Shown here piece by piece: positions 10,030 through 21,172 of a stretch of 54,975 bases of DNA. The translations under genes were made by a program, and so were the position numbers. Below the pieces are notes generated by a model that saw nothing but the letters and a program-made list of their open reading frames with translations, made no database searches and was not told the origin of the DNA. This stretch comes from Alphaproteobacteria bacterium. Lineage in GTDB: Bacteria; Pseudomonadota; Alphaproteobacteria; Rs-D84. Where the stretch lies: assembly GCA_033345155.1 (NCBI GenBank), contig JAWPOG010000023.1:1-54975 (forward strand), given 5' to 3'. Position 1 is the first letter of the stretch. Every line of letters starts with the position of its first letter.

Positions 10030-10764
10030 TTATTTGTCCAGTATTTTTTTGCCGTCTGACGCATCGAACACTTCGTCATCAACTGTTATGCGTCCGTTTT
10101 CATATTTTGGCCCCGCCTGAGATTCTATACCGCTGCGCCACATCACCGCCCCATCGGACAAGGAAACCGCATACAAATTGTCATCTGTCCCAACAACAAA
10201 GGCAAAATCACCAGCCAAGACAAAAGGCACCGCCACCCCGATATTCACGCACCATTTTTTTGTCCCAGATGTTGCGTTTACACGACAAAACTCATCACCC
10301 AGCCCCCCAACATACACAGATTGTTTATAAGGCACAATTGGCGCAATAATATCAACCATTGGCGCACCGCCGGTCATATTGCTGGCACGATAAATATCTG
10401 CTATCCATGCAATTGCACGCGTTTTTGGGTTAACTTTTACTAATTCACCTGTGGACAGTCCCGCATAAATATATTTCCCACTGCACACAGGCTGAACCGA
10501 TGCTGAAACGGTATTGCTGGTTGGGAAACCGCTGAAAATCTTGCGCTCTCCGTCCCAAACAGTATTATTTGAATCTTGGGTATAATCACAATTCAAGTTA
10601 TCAAACACAAATGCTGTATCGGGCAGATTTTCAATGGTTTTATTTTGCACCTGAACGACATCTGTATCAAATATAGGTGTGCGATTTCCCGGCAAAATCG
10701 GGTCGTGTTTATCACACGCACACACCGCAAACAAACAACACAAAGTGATTGAAATTTTACGCAT
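10030..10764 (-). CDS. PQQ-like beta-propeller lipoprotein (short BamB-like)
   Basis: Lipobox VCAC, ILPGNR motif, propeller repeats (LYAVSLSDGAVMW); follows a YfgM-like gene as bamB usually does. Confidence 0.75.
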   Translation of the reverse strand: MRKISITLCCLFAVCACDKHDPILPGNRTPIFDTDVVQVQNKTIENLPDTAFVFDNLNCDYTQDSNNTVWDGERKIFSGFPTSNTVSASVQPVCSGKYIYAGLSTGELVKVNPKTRAIAWIADIYRASNMTGGAPMVDIIAPIVPYKQSVYVGGLGDEFCRVNATSGTKKWCVNIGVAVPFVLAGDFAFVVGTDDNLYAVSLSDGAVMWRSGIESQAGPKYENGRITVDDEVFDASDGKKILDK

Positions 10765-10775
10765 TTTAATCCCCG

Positions 10776-11426
10776 TTAACGCAGTGTTACCGCAGTTGCT
10801 GCAATAGCAGACGGTGTATTTTTATCTGCAATCAACTCGTCCAGAATTTTATCTGCCGCGGCCTTATCGCCTGATGCCAAATACTTTTGAGCCAAAGTTA
10901 TACGCGCTGTATAATAAAAAGGCGAAGATTTGTCATCCATCTGTCCCAGGAATTTTTTCATTTCATCAGCACTCATATCATCACCACGAATTCCCACGAT
11001 ATGCAGACGCGCTAAATCACGAAAATCGCGAGTATTGCCGTCCAAAGCCAGTTTTTCCAATTTTGCAACATCTTTGTCCAACAAATAAGACTGGAACAAC
11101 GCTAAATCGGCAGTTGCCCCTGATGTATTATCCGCCAGTGCCGCCAGCGCATTTGCGTCCATATCTTCGATTGCTATTTCGTATGCAGTTGCGGTTGCGA
11201 TTTTGTTTGCACGATATGTACGCAATCCGATTTGCACAGCCGTTGCCACAATCATAATCAACAAAACCCCAACCATCATGTGTTTCGAGTATTTTTTGAT
11301 AAATTGCAAAGTTTTTTCGTTGTTCACATCTTCCCAAACCTCACGATACAAAGCATCTTCCATATGTTCGGCACGGGTTTTCTTTGGTGTTTTGATTTGT
11401 TTATTTCTTTCCAGCATGGTTGCCAT
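10776..11426 (-). CDS. YfgM-like TPR membrane protein
   Basis: REVWEDV N-terminus, single TM, helical periplasmic domain; upstream of BamB-like gene. Confidence 0.7.
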   Translation of the reverse strand: MATMLERNKQIKTPKKTRAEHMEDALYREVWEDVNNEKTLQFIKKYSKHMMVGVLLIMIVATAVQIGLRTYRANKIATATAYEIAIEDMDANALAALADNTSGATADLALFQSYLLDKDVAKLEKLALDGNTRDFRDLARLHIVGIRGDDMSADEMKKFLGQMDDKSSPFYYTARITLAQKYLASGDKAAADKILDELIADKNTPSAIAATAVTLR

Positions 11427-11480
11427 GATACTATTCTCCTGTACTTGATAATTATTTATTTTTGTTATACTATAAAAGTT

Positions 11481-12395
11481 ATGAGCAAGGAAATCAAGAC
11501 CACATTACCAGCAAAAAACAATACCAGCATAGTTGCCGCACGCGGGGTCAGCGATGACTCATCTTTGGCCCAGTATATCCAAAATGTGCAAAAGATACCG
11601 GTTTTGACGGCGGAACAGGAATACGAGTATGCAACAAAATGGGTGCAAGACCGGGATAAATATGCCGCTGAAAAACTGGTAGCCAGCCATTTGCGCATGG
11701 TTGTATCGGTCGCATACGATTATAAAAACTATGGCATACCTGTCGGAGAATTGATTGCCAGCGGCAATATGGGATTGATGCAGGCGTTGCAAAAATTCGA
11801 CCCGGACAAGGGCTTTCGTTTTTCCACCTATGCCATGTTCTGGGTTAAGGCTGAAATTTACGAAACTATTTTGAACAATTGGTCGATTGTACGAATTGGC
11901 ACATCTGCGAATCAAAAACGTGTGTTTTTCAATTTGGCGCGGGCGAAACGCGCTTTGGGGATTATGGACAACAATCTGACTGCGGACCAGACCAAGCAGA
12001 TTGCAAACTATCTGGACGTGCCCGAGCGCGATGTCGAGCGAATGGCCACTCGTGTTGGTGCGCGCGATTTGTCTTTGAATGCACCATTAAACTCGGACGA
12101 AGGCGCAACTGATATTTTATCAAACATGACCGATGGTCGTGAAACAATCGAAGAAACATTGGAACAGGTTGAATTTCGTCGTCGTGGCTATGATTTGTTG
12201 AAAAAACACCTGGCCAAGATGTCTGAACGTGACCGTGCGATTTTGACGGCCCGTAAACTAAGCCAACCTGCCACAACATTGGAATCTTTGTCGCAAAAAT
12301 ATGGAATTTCCCGCGAACGCGTACGACAAATCGAGGAACGCGCATACAACAAACTGCGTGATGCTATTTTGAAAGAAACGGGGGAACAAAACTAA
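11481..12395 (+). CDS. rpoH: RNA polymerase sigma-32 factor
   Basis: GNMGLMQALQKFDPDKGFRFSTYAMFW, RpoH box QKRVFFNLAR, SRERVRQIE; start at ATG 11481. Confidence 0.93.
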   Translation: MSKEIKTTLPAKNNTSIVAARGVSDDSSLAQYIQNVQKIPVLTAEQEYEYATKWVQDRDKYAAEKLVASHLRMVVSVAYDYKNYGIPVGELIASGNMGLMQALQKFDPDKGFRFSTYAMFWVKAEIYETILNNWSIVRIGTSANQKRVFFNLARAKRALGIMDNNLTADQTKQIANYLDVPERDVERMATRVGARDLSLNAPLNSDEGATDILSNMTDGRETIEETLEQVEFRRRGYDLLKKHLAKMSERDRAILTARKLSQPATTLESLSQKYGISRERVRQIEERAYNKLRDAILKETGEQN

Positions 12396-13421
12396 ATGTT
12401 TGGGTTAAAGAAAATATATACCGCATTGGCTATATTAATAATTGTGCCAAATGTGGCGCACGCATTGCAATATGATATGGGAAAATTTTCCGCTCGTTTG
12501 AATGGGTATTTGACTGGCGGTATAATAAATCCAGAATTTGAAACGCCGCTGTTTATTGGCGATTGGCGTGGTCGTGCGCAAATGACCTATGCTTTTAATG
12601 AAAATTATAAAATTGGCGCTGTTTATGCTATGGATCAGTCGGCCATAGATGCGGGAAACTTTTCTCGTGAAATATTTGGGTATTTAGAAACACGCAAATT
12701 TGGCCGTATAGAGTTTGGTTGGACGGATTCAGTCGCACGAAAGCTGGGGGTTGGGCTGCCTGATGTTGGTGGGTTGCGCATAAATGACCGTCCGCTGTAC
12801 AATGAAAAGATTGTTCCAGATGGCGCTGTTATTGCGGATACGACCCTGACATCTGGACGCAGCGACCCACGCATCAACATCGTCACCGCCCCGATAAATG
12901 GTGTTCAGTATGGTGTGTCGGCATCTGGTTTTGCCAGCAATTATGATTATGCTGTGGACGCTGGCATAAAAATTCGTCGCCCATCAGGCAAGGTCAAGAC
13001 AGCATACGCATTGGGGGTGTCTTTTATGGATGCGCCGCGTGATTTTGACAACGAAGTTTATAGCCATGGTGTCACCGCCGATTGGCGTGCCCAGATGTCA
13101 TTGGGTATGAATCTGCAGTATAACAGTTGGGTTTGGGGCACAACCGCCCGTGTGATTTATGACCAAGACCCAATTGGTCAGGCGTCTGACGGTTTTGTTA
13201 TCGGCACCGGGGTCAGTTACGATTTTTTGCGTTACAGTGTGTCTTTGACATACATGTTATCGGACACAGGCGTCTGGCAATCATACGCAGACGACTTTAT
13301 CGACCACATGGGCATTGCTTCATTCAGGTATAAATACAGTGAAAATGTTGACGGTTGGATATCTGGTGGGATAACCTCGGAAACACCGTTTATTTCTGCT
13401 GGGCTTCGATTGACTTTTTAA
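12396..13421 (+). CDS. Outer-membrane porin
   Basis: Signal peptide, FGRIEFG motif, amphipathic beta strands, C-terminal Phe (AGLRLTF). Confidence 0.8.
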   Translation: MFGLKKIYTALAILIIVPNVAHALQYDMGKFSARLNGYLTGGIINPEFETPLFIGDWRGRAQMTYAFNENYKIGAVYAMDQSAIDAGNFSREIFGYLETRKFGRIEFGWTDSVARKLGVGLPDVGGLRINDRPLYNEKIVPDGAVIADTTLTSGRSDPRINIVTAPINGVQYGVSASGFASNYDYAVDAGIKIRRPSGKVKTAYALGVSFMDAPRDFDNEVYSHGVTADWRAQMSLGMNLQYNSWVWGTTARVIYDQDPIGQASDGFVIGTGVSYDFLRYSVSLTYMLSDTGVWQSYADDFIDHMGIASFRYKYSENVDGWISGGITSETPFISAGLRLTF

Positions 13422-13461
13422 TGACTTGATGTTTTTTTTATGATATAATTCGCGCAAGAGA

Positions 13462-15723
13462 ATGAAAAAACAGCTGACATGCTTTTTTGCGTTAATGCTT
13501 GTTGTGCCTGGTGTGTTCGCCACCGATGGCACTATTTCGCGTGCGATTCCTACAACAGGCGAAGCGCCTGCTACGAATAATACGACACGTACAGTGACGA
13601 CTGGCAATATGCCTGCGCGCACGGCCGTATCGCGTGTTTTTTCTGGTGGTGGTGCAGATGGTTTGGCTCAATCTCGCACAGGCGGTGTTGTGTCACGTTC
13701 TGTTGTTGCCAGCAAATCTGACAAGGGTTCCGCCCATTCTACTTTGGAAAATACTGTAAATACGGTTGGTCGTAACGAGCGTGTATCCAAGGCCAGCATA
13801 AACAACAATCCCATCGTTCGTCGTGCGGGTTTGACGCTGCGCCCCAGCACGGCCGAGGTTGGGGGTCGTGCCACTATTGGTGACACGGGTATCCAAACGG
13901 GTTCTAATCTGGACGATGTTGTACGCGGTGTAAAATCACGTGCGGCATCAAACATGACTGCCGAAGATATTACCCAGGCCACGACGCGATTGGAACAGAC
14001 GGCCACGCTGAACAAATCTTGCCAGGCGCAATATAACGAATGTATGGATCAATTTTGTGCGGTTATTGACGCGAATCAGGGGCGTTGTTCGTGTTCATCA
14101 AATCTGGCCCAATACACCAAAGTGGAAGAGGCTGTCAAAGAAGCAAACACCCAATTGAACGAGGTTGCGCAACTTATCCGCTATGTTGGTCTGTCTGCGG
14201 ACGAAATCCGCGCCATTATGACTGAAACCGAAGCGGAAGAGGCACTAAGCAGCGCCACGGACACATCTGAAACACGCAATATGCTGGAAGAAATAGAAGA
14301 TTTAATACGTGACCCATCATCAGGTTCGGCCTATTATTCAGATACATCGATTAATTTGGATATGGACTTAGATTTTTCTTCTGAAGCAGACGATATATTC
14401 AGTCTGGACTTTTTGGATACGGGCGGCAATACCAGTTTTTCTAATTTACGTGGTCGTGATTTATATAATGCGGCAAAAAAACGTTGCAACACAGTTTTGA
14501 ATCAGTGCAAGGGAGCCGGCGCTACTATCGCCCAGGTAACGGGAAATTATGATTTGGCCATTGACAAAGATTGTATCGCCTATGAACAGGGGTTAAAAAA
14601 AATGAATGAAACCCTGGTGTCCAATGTGCGCAGCGCGAATCGTATGTTACAAAAGGCACGATTGGCCGTTCTGCAAAACAAAAACCAATATGATGCCAAG
14701 GGGTGTATCGGCGCATTGGAAACTTGTATGAAGGACGACATGGTCTGTGGCGATGATTATTTCAAATGCGTTGACCCGACCAAGGTATATATTGATGAAA
14801 ATGGTGATGTAGTTCTGGGACAAAAAATTTCAAATATCACCGCATTTATGACGGGTTACAACAACGCAAAAATAGACAAGGATTTTTTAAGCAATGCATA
14901 CTCGTCACAAAATGTGGATGCCGCCAGTTGCAGTGCCGATCCAACCGGTTCGCCTGCCATCGGTGGTAATGACGGATCTTGTGTTGCGAAATATTTATTG
15001 CAGAAAATCGGCACCAAGCAAAATGTTACGGACGAAGGTTTATGTCGTGCCGTTCTGGACAAGTGTCAGCGATATACATACAATTCATCGGGCGAGTATA
15101 ATCCATACAATGACATAGTTGTAAACTATGTTCAGCGTGCGCTGGTAAATATCCGTGCGGCACAACATCGTGTTATTGCGGATTATGCATCCAACTGTAT
15201 GGTCGATATTGCCCAGTGTTATAATCAACAGGTAAGTCAGGTTAATTCTTGGTCGTCTAATGCCAGTGTCAACAGCATATATAACATAATGCGTGGCGCA
15301 TGCCGTAATGTTGCATTAACATGCGCATACGCAGTATTTGATGGCGAAGCCATTTGCACCAACAGTCAGGGACAAATTGTATTTGGCGAAAACAACTGTC
15401 AGGGCATACCAACATATAATCAGCCAGATGAATATATCAATGCAATATCTGAAATGTTCTATCAGTCATTGTTATGTCCAGATAATTCCATGTATCAACA
15501 AACAGAATACACAGGTCAATTTGGCAATGGGACAAGATATATTAACAGTCGTTGCATGTGTAATCAGGGATATGAAGCCTGGGGCGAACTTTGCGTTGTT
15601 GTATGCCCAGATAACAGCACACGCAATACATACGGCAGCTGTGTGTGTGATGCAGGTTATACCATGGTAAACAATGTATGTCAGTCCTCGTCGGATAATT
15701 CGGATTCAAATCAAACCCCCTAG
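13462..15723 (+). CDS. Large secreted cysteine-rich protein of unknown function
   Basis: Signal peptide, T/R/S/A-rich linker, repeated CxxxYxxCMDxFC-type modules, C-terminal CxCxxGY EGF-like repeats. Confidence 0.85.
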   Translation: MKKQLTCFFALMLVVPGVFATDGTISRAIPTTGEAPATNNTTRTVTTGNMPARTAVSRVFSGGGADGLAQSRTGGVVSRSVVASKSDKGSAHSTLENTVNTVGRNERVSKASINNNPIVRRAGLTLRPSTAEVGGRATIGDTGIQTGSNLDDVVRGVKSRAASNMTAEDITQATTRLEQTATLNKSCQAQYNECMDQFCAVIDANQGRCSCSSNLAQYTKVEEAVKEANTQLNEVAQLIRYVGLSADEIRAIMTETEAEEALSSATDTSETRNMLEEIEDLIRDPSSGSAYYSDTSINLDMDLDFSSEADDIFSLDFLDTGGNTSFSNLRGRDLYNAAKKRCNTVLNQCKGAGATIAQVTGNYDLAIDKDCIAYEQGLKKMNETLVSNVRSANRMLQKARLAVLQNKNQYDAKGCIGALETCMKDDMVCGDDYFKCVDPTKVYIDENGDVVLGQKISNITAFMTGYNNAKIDKDFLSNAYSSQNVDAASCSADPTGSPAIGGNDGSCVAKYLLQKIGTKQNVTDEGLCRAVLDKCQRYTYNSSGEYNPYNDIVVNYVQRALVNIRAAQHRVIADYASNCMVDIAQCYNQQVSQVNSWSSNASVNSIYNIMRGACRNVALTCAYAVFDGEAICTNSQGQIVFGENNCQGIPTYNQPDEYINAISEMFYQSLLCPDNSMYQQTEYTGQFGNGTRYINSRCMCNQGYEAWGELCVVVCPDNSTRNTYGSCVCDAGYTMVNNVCQSSSDNSDSNQTP

Positions 15724-15764
15724 GGTCACCCTTGGACAAAAATATACCGCCATCGGCGGTTTTT

Positions 15765-16229
15765 TTATTTTTTATTTTTTCTAAATTCGTCCAAAGACAC
15801 AACGCGTCCCGGGTCTGGAATGGTTCCAGGTTTTTCATCCAATGGTAATTCCATATTGTTGTCTGTTGCGGCAGGTTGCATTTTTGTCTGAAAAGACAGC
15901 ATAAAATCAACCGATGGGTCTTTGAACTCCACCAGCGCAGAAAATGGCACACGAATAAAGAACGGCCGTCCATCAAATGTTAATTGCACACCAAATTCTT
16001 TGTCTGACACATGCAGGTTATTATACGAATATTGCAACACAATCGTCATAATATCTGGATAGCGTATACGCAGAAAATCGGGCAATACAACACCGCTGTC
16101 ACGTGTACGAAAAGTGATAAAGAAATGTGTCCCATCACCTAATCCGTTAAACTGAGCATGAATCAGCGCATCTTTGACAACCGATTTCAATGCGTTATCT
16201 AATAAAGTCTGATAATCAATACGTGCCAT
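15765..16229 (-). CDS. sspB: ClpXP adaptor SspB (alphaproteobacterial type)
   Basis: HFFITFRT..GVVLP..L...YPD.MTIVLQ, F.DPSVDF, C-terminal VVSLDEFRK. Confidence 0.92.
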   Translation of the reverse strand: MARIDYQTLLDNALKSVVKDALIHAQFNGLGDGTHFFITFRTRDSGVVLPDFLRIRYPDIMTIVLQYSYNNLHVSDKEFGVQLTFDGRPFFIRVPFSALVEFKDPSVDFMLSFQTKMQPAATDNNMELPLDEKPGTIPDPGRVVSLDEFRKNKK

Positions 16230-16234
16230 ATTTT

Positions 16235-17314
16235 TCACTCCGCGCATACTATATTACTTATTTCCCCATTTTCGCAAGCAACAAATACAGCATTTTCTAT
16301 ATTACAGAAAATTTCTGCATCTAATCCCGTTGCCCACACCTGCGCATTTGACTTTCCCAGTTCTGCGAACAGATTTTCACGCGCATTTTTATCCAAATGT
16401 GCCGCCGCTTCGTCCAGTAAAATAATCGGCCCTCCCCCTGTTTTTACATGAACCAGTTTTGCATGTGCCAAAATCAAATCAATTATGGTCATTTTTTGCT
16501 GCCCCGTACTGGTCAAATAAGCCGGCAGTTTTAATTCATTGTTGAATACCCCAAAATCAGATTTGTGTGGTCCGTCCAGCACCATTTTATCGCCCACCAG
16601 CGTACGATTTTTTTTCAGGTATTCCAGGTATGCTCGTTCTGTATTTCCTGCCGACATTCCATCAATAAGCATTTTTTCGACCATCCCCGACACAGATATA
16701 GCGCACCGTGTTAAAAAATAATTTATTTCACCTGCATATTGAATGCGCGCCACAGCAATTGCCACCGCCACCCCTGCTATTTGCACATCCAGCGCATCCA
16801 CCCACCGAGAATCGGCCCCGGTCTTTAATGCAAATGCCCGTTCACTAAGTAATTTTGCCAGACGTGCTGTTCGCCCTGGATGGGTTGTATCGAAACTGGC
16901 GCACAGCCGGTCAAAAAACGTGCGTCTTTCCCCTGCCCCATCTACAAACAGTCTGTCTTCGCGCGGGGTAATCCAAACAATTCGTAAATGTCGCGCTAAA
17001 TCAGCCAAAGGCGCATTATCGCCGTCTATTTTTGCGCGTCTGTTTGATTCCCCGCCTGTATATTGAATTGAAATTTCTGTGTCGTTATTCAGCGCAGCAA
17101 AGACACCAAAACCACCTCCGCCATCAAATCGTGCCATATCCCCCATGTTTGCACCCCGCATACCACGATCGCCCCCCAGCATGGACACAGCCTCTAATAT
17201 TGCTGTTTTGCCTGCTCCGTTTGGGCCAGTTATGATAATATTGTGTCGTCCGTGCGTTTCAATTCTGCACATGGTGTGGTTGCGAAAATCGGTTAAACTG
17301 ATACTGTTAATCAT
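16235..17314 (-). CDS. recF: DNA replication/repair protein RecF
   Basis: DFRN, Walker A GPNGAGKT, GPHKSD, STGQQK, LLDEAAAHLD. Confidence 0.95.
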   Translation of the reverse strand: MINSISLTDFRNHTMCRIETHGRHNIIITGPNGAGKTAILEAVSMLGGDRGMRGANMGDMARFDGGGGFGVFAALNNDTEISIQYTGGESNRRAKIDGDNAPLADLARHLRIVWITPREDRLFVDGAGERRTFFDRLCASFDTTHPGRTARLAKLLSERAFALKTGADSRWVDALDVQIAGVAVAIAVARIQYAGEINYFLTRCAISVSGMVEKMLIDGMSAGNTERAYLEYLKKNRTLVGDKMVLDGPHKSDFGVFNNELKLPAYLTSTGQQKMTIIDLILAHAKLVHVKTGGGPIILLDEAAAHLDKNARENLFAELGKSNAQVWATGLDAEIFCNIENAVFVACENGEISNIVCAE

Positions 17315-17397
17315 GCACCAATACTACACCAAAACACCTTAAAAAAACAATAAAATATATTTGCTCTTTGTTTGCCTAACAAGCAAATGCAAAATGT

Positions 17398-17434
17398 ATT
17401 CCAACACTAACCACCTACACTAACCACTAAAAAA
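17398..17434. repeat. Heptamer (CCACTAA-type) cassette, copy A
   Basis: ATTCCAACACTAACCACCTACACTAACCACTAAAAAA; 36/37 identical to reverse complement of 54451-54487. Confidence 0.9.
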
Positions 17435-17452
17435 TGCCCCGTCGGGGCATTT

Positions 17453-17454
<2 letters not shown>
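17429..17454 (-). terminator. Intrinsic terminator of mreB
   Basis: AAAAATGCCCC-GTC-GGGGCATTTTT palindrome at the mreB stop. Confidence 0.85.
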
Positions 17455-18517
<1,063 letters not shown>

Positions 18518-18616
18518 TTATGATTTTTTTGCACTATAAATCACGATGTTCAAAAAATCAAGACACCCCAACAAATTTATTTGATTTCTTGGATATTGTG
18601 ATATTATATCCACATT

Positions 18617-18964
18617 ATGAAACGCAACACGATAAAAAATCATGCAGACTTTGCGATGGGCGAAAACGACCCGGTTGCAAAAAGCGCCTGTTTTCTGGTG
18701 CGGGTCAAACCTGCAAAATTTCCAGATGATGCGCGTTATGGTATGATTGTGACTAAAAAGACATTCAAGCATGCGGTTGAACGCAATCGTGCCAAGCGTG
18801 TATTGCGTGATTGGATTGCGTCCAATGAACATCTTATGCGCTCCGAATGGGATTATGTATTTATAATTCGTCGTGCGATACTGGAAACCGACCGAACATC
18901 GGGTCGCGTCGCGATGAAAAAGGCATTAAATTACCTGTCTAAACATGAAGTTGTCGCCAAATAA
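18617..18964 (+). CDS. rnpA: RNase P protein component
   Basis: RYGMIVTKK and AVERNRAKR (RNR motif); followed by yidD. Confidence 0.93.
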   Translation: MKRNTIKNHADFAMGENDPVAKSACFLVRVKPAKFPDDARYGMIVTKKTFKHAVERNRAKRVLRDWIASNEHLMRSEWDYVFIIRRAILETDRTSGRVAMKKALNYLSKHEVVAK

Positions 18965-19190
18965 ATTATCTCCGCTTCAACACCTGGCGATTGCCATGGT
19001 GCGTGTGTACCAGTATGCTCTGTCACCTGTGTTTGGTGGTCGTGCAGCGTGCCGTTTTACCCCCAGTTGCAGCGAATATGCCCGAATTGCGATTGAAAAG
19101 TATGGTGCAATTCGCGGCTCTTGGATGGGGCTAAGGCGCATTTGTCGTTGTCGGCCTGGGGGTGGGTATGGCTACGACCCTGTTCCTTGA
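18945..19190 (+). CDS. yidD: Membrane protein insertion efficiency factor YidD
   Basis: YQ..LSP, CRFTPSCSEY, RICRCRP..GYDPVP. Confidence 0.95.
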   Translation: MKLSPNKLSPLQHLAIAMVRVYQYALSPVFGGRAACRFTPSCSEYARIAIEKYGAIRGSWMGLRRICRCRPGGGYGYDPVP

Positions 19191-19257
19191 CAATGGGTTC
19201 ATATGTGGTACAATCAGAACCAATACACGGCAGTAAAATATATACAAAGGATTAAAT

Positions 19258-19698
19258 ATGTCATTTCGTGCAACTGTTGAATCCATGTCCAAGATTATGG
19301 ATGATATGGGTATAACAGAATTGGATTTAGAACGTCAGTTTTTATTTGGTGTATATCGCAAACATATTCATTTATCAAAACAACAGTCCATTACCGTTGC
19401 GCCCACGGTCGCATCTGGTGAAGAGAAACCGGCCAAACACGAATCTGCAAAGACATCTTCGAATGGCTATGCCTTGAAATCACCAATGGTCGGGGTTGTA
19501 TATTTGGCACCAGAACCCGGCGCAGACACATTTGTATCCGTCGGCAAATCGGTCAAGGTTGGCGATACAGTCGCCCTGGTCGAGGCTATGAAAACATTTA
19601 ACCCAATCAAATCCGACAAAGACGGCATAGTTTCTGAAATCTTGGTTTCTGATGGTGCGGCTGTTGAATTTGATCAGCCATTGGTTATAATTGAATAA
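19258..19698 (+). CDS. accB: Acetyl-CoA carboxylase biotin carboxyl carrier protein
   Basis: SPMVG, biotinylation motif EAMK, VEFDQPL. Confidence 0.95.
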   Translation: MSFRATVESMSKIMDDMGITELDLERQFLFGVYRKHIHLSKQQSITVAPTVASGEEKPAKHESAKTSSNGYALKSPMVGVVYLAPEPGADTFVSVGKSVKVGDTVALVEAMKTFNPIKSDKDGIVSEILVSDGAAVEFDQPLVIIE

Positions 19699-19709
19699 AA
19701 GCATACAAA

Positions 19710-21059
19710 ATGCCACAAATAAAAAAAGTATTGATTGCAAATCGTGGGGAAATCGCCCTGCGCATTATTCGTGCATGTCGCGACATGGGAATCCGTACAG
19801 TTGCGGTTTATTCGACTGTTGATCGTTCTGCGATGCATGTACAACTTGCGGACGAGTCGGTGTGTATCGGCCCCGGCCCTGCGCGCGACTCTTATTTGAA
19901 CGAGTCTGCGATATTAACAGCGGCTTTATTAACAAATTCGGATGCGATTCATCCAGGATACGGATTTTTATCAGAACGTGCGGACTTTGCGCACAAGGTT
20001 GAACGGCATGGCATGATTTGGATTGGTCCATCCCCAGAAATGATTACCAAAATGGGGGACAAGGTTAATGCTAAACGCACAGCGATTGAGTGTGGGCTGC
20101 CGGTTGTGCCTGGTTCTGATGGTGCGGTTGAATCATTAGAGCATGCGATTACATGCGCTGAAAAAATCGGTTATCCCGTCATGCTAAAAGCATCAGCTGG
20201 TGGTGGTGGTCGTGGCATGCGCCCCGTTATGACGGCAGACGAAATGGCGGACGCATATCAGTTAACCAAGAACGAGGCTAAATCCGCGTTTGGTGATGAT
20301 ACATTGTACATGGAAAAACTGCTGACTCATCCGCGTCATATTGAATTTCAGGTTTTGGGTGACAAACACGGTAATGTTGTAATTTTTGGTGAACGCGACT
20401 GTTCTTTGCAACGCAGAAATCAAAAAGTTATGGAAGAATGTCCCGCAGCCGCATTGTCGCAAAAGCAACGTGATGATATGATAGAGGTTTGTAAGTCCGC
20501 CGCCAAGAAAATGGGCTATACAAATGCTGGCACATTTGAATTTATGTTCCAAGACGGCAAATTCTATTTCTTGGAAATGAATACCAGATTACAGGTCGAA
20601 CATCCTGTGACCGAGATGGTGTATGGGGTTGATTTAGTGCGTGAACAAATTCGAATTGCGGCCGGTGAAAAATTGGGATACACGCAATCTAATGTTATTC
20701 CAAATGGTCACGCAATTGAATTTCGCATCAATGCCGAAGACGCCGAAACATTTATTCCCAACCCCGGGCAAATAACAATGTATGCACCATCGGGCGGTTT
20801 GGGCGTTCGCGTGGACAGCGCAGTTTACACAGGATATACAATTCCACCGACCTATGATTCTATGATAGCTAAATTGATTGTCCATGCCCAGAATCGTTCT
20901 GCCTGCATCTTGCGTGCGGCGCGCGCATTGGATGAATTTGTCATCGAGGGTGTAAAAACAACCATCCCATTACAGCAAAAACTGTTAAAAAATAAAGATG
21001 TGAAACATTTGAACTTTGATAACAAATGGCTGGAAACTTTTTTAAAGTCTGACAAATAA
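19710..21059 (+). CDS. accC: Biotin carboxylase
   Basis: ANRGEIA, HPGYGFLSE, GGGGRGM, ERDCSLQRR, EMNTRLQVEH. Confidence 0.97.
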   Translation: MPQIKKVLIANRGEIALRIIRACRDMGIRTVAVYSTVDRSAMHVQLADESVCIGPGPARDSYLNESAILTAALLTNSDAIHPGYGFLSERADFAHKVERHGMIWIGPSPEMITKMGDKVNAKRTAIECGLPVVPGSDGAVESLEHAITCAEKIGYPVMLKASAGGGGRGMRPVMTADEMADAYQLTKNEAKSAFGDDTLYMEKLLTHPRHIEFQVLGDKHGNVVIFGERDCSLQRRNQKVMEECPAAALSQKQRDDMIEVCKSAAKKMGYTNAGTFEFMFQDGKFYFLEMNTRLQVEHPVTEMVYGVDLVREQIRIAAGEKLGYTQSNVIPNGHAIEFRINAEDAETFIPNPGQITMYAPSGGLGVRVDSAVYTGYTIPPTYDSMIAKLIVHAQNRSACILRAARALDEFVIEGVKTTIPLQQKLLKNKDVKHLNFDNKWLETFLKSDK

Positions 21060-21172
21060 TCAAAGCCCATAAAAATTTTTCAACACGAATAACAGCGGAA
21101 ATTATTCCTTGCAATACCGAATTGTCTGTTATACGGTAAACGCCGTACAATATTTGATTACGGGGGAATTTC

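Noticed and set aside
17398-17434. Telomere-like or eukaryotic contamination from TTAGTGG repeats
   Set aside because: Short interstitial cassettes with fixed ends embedded among bacterial genes
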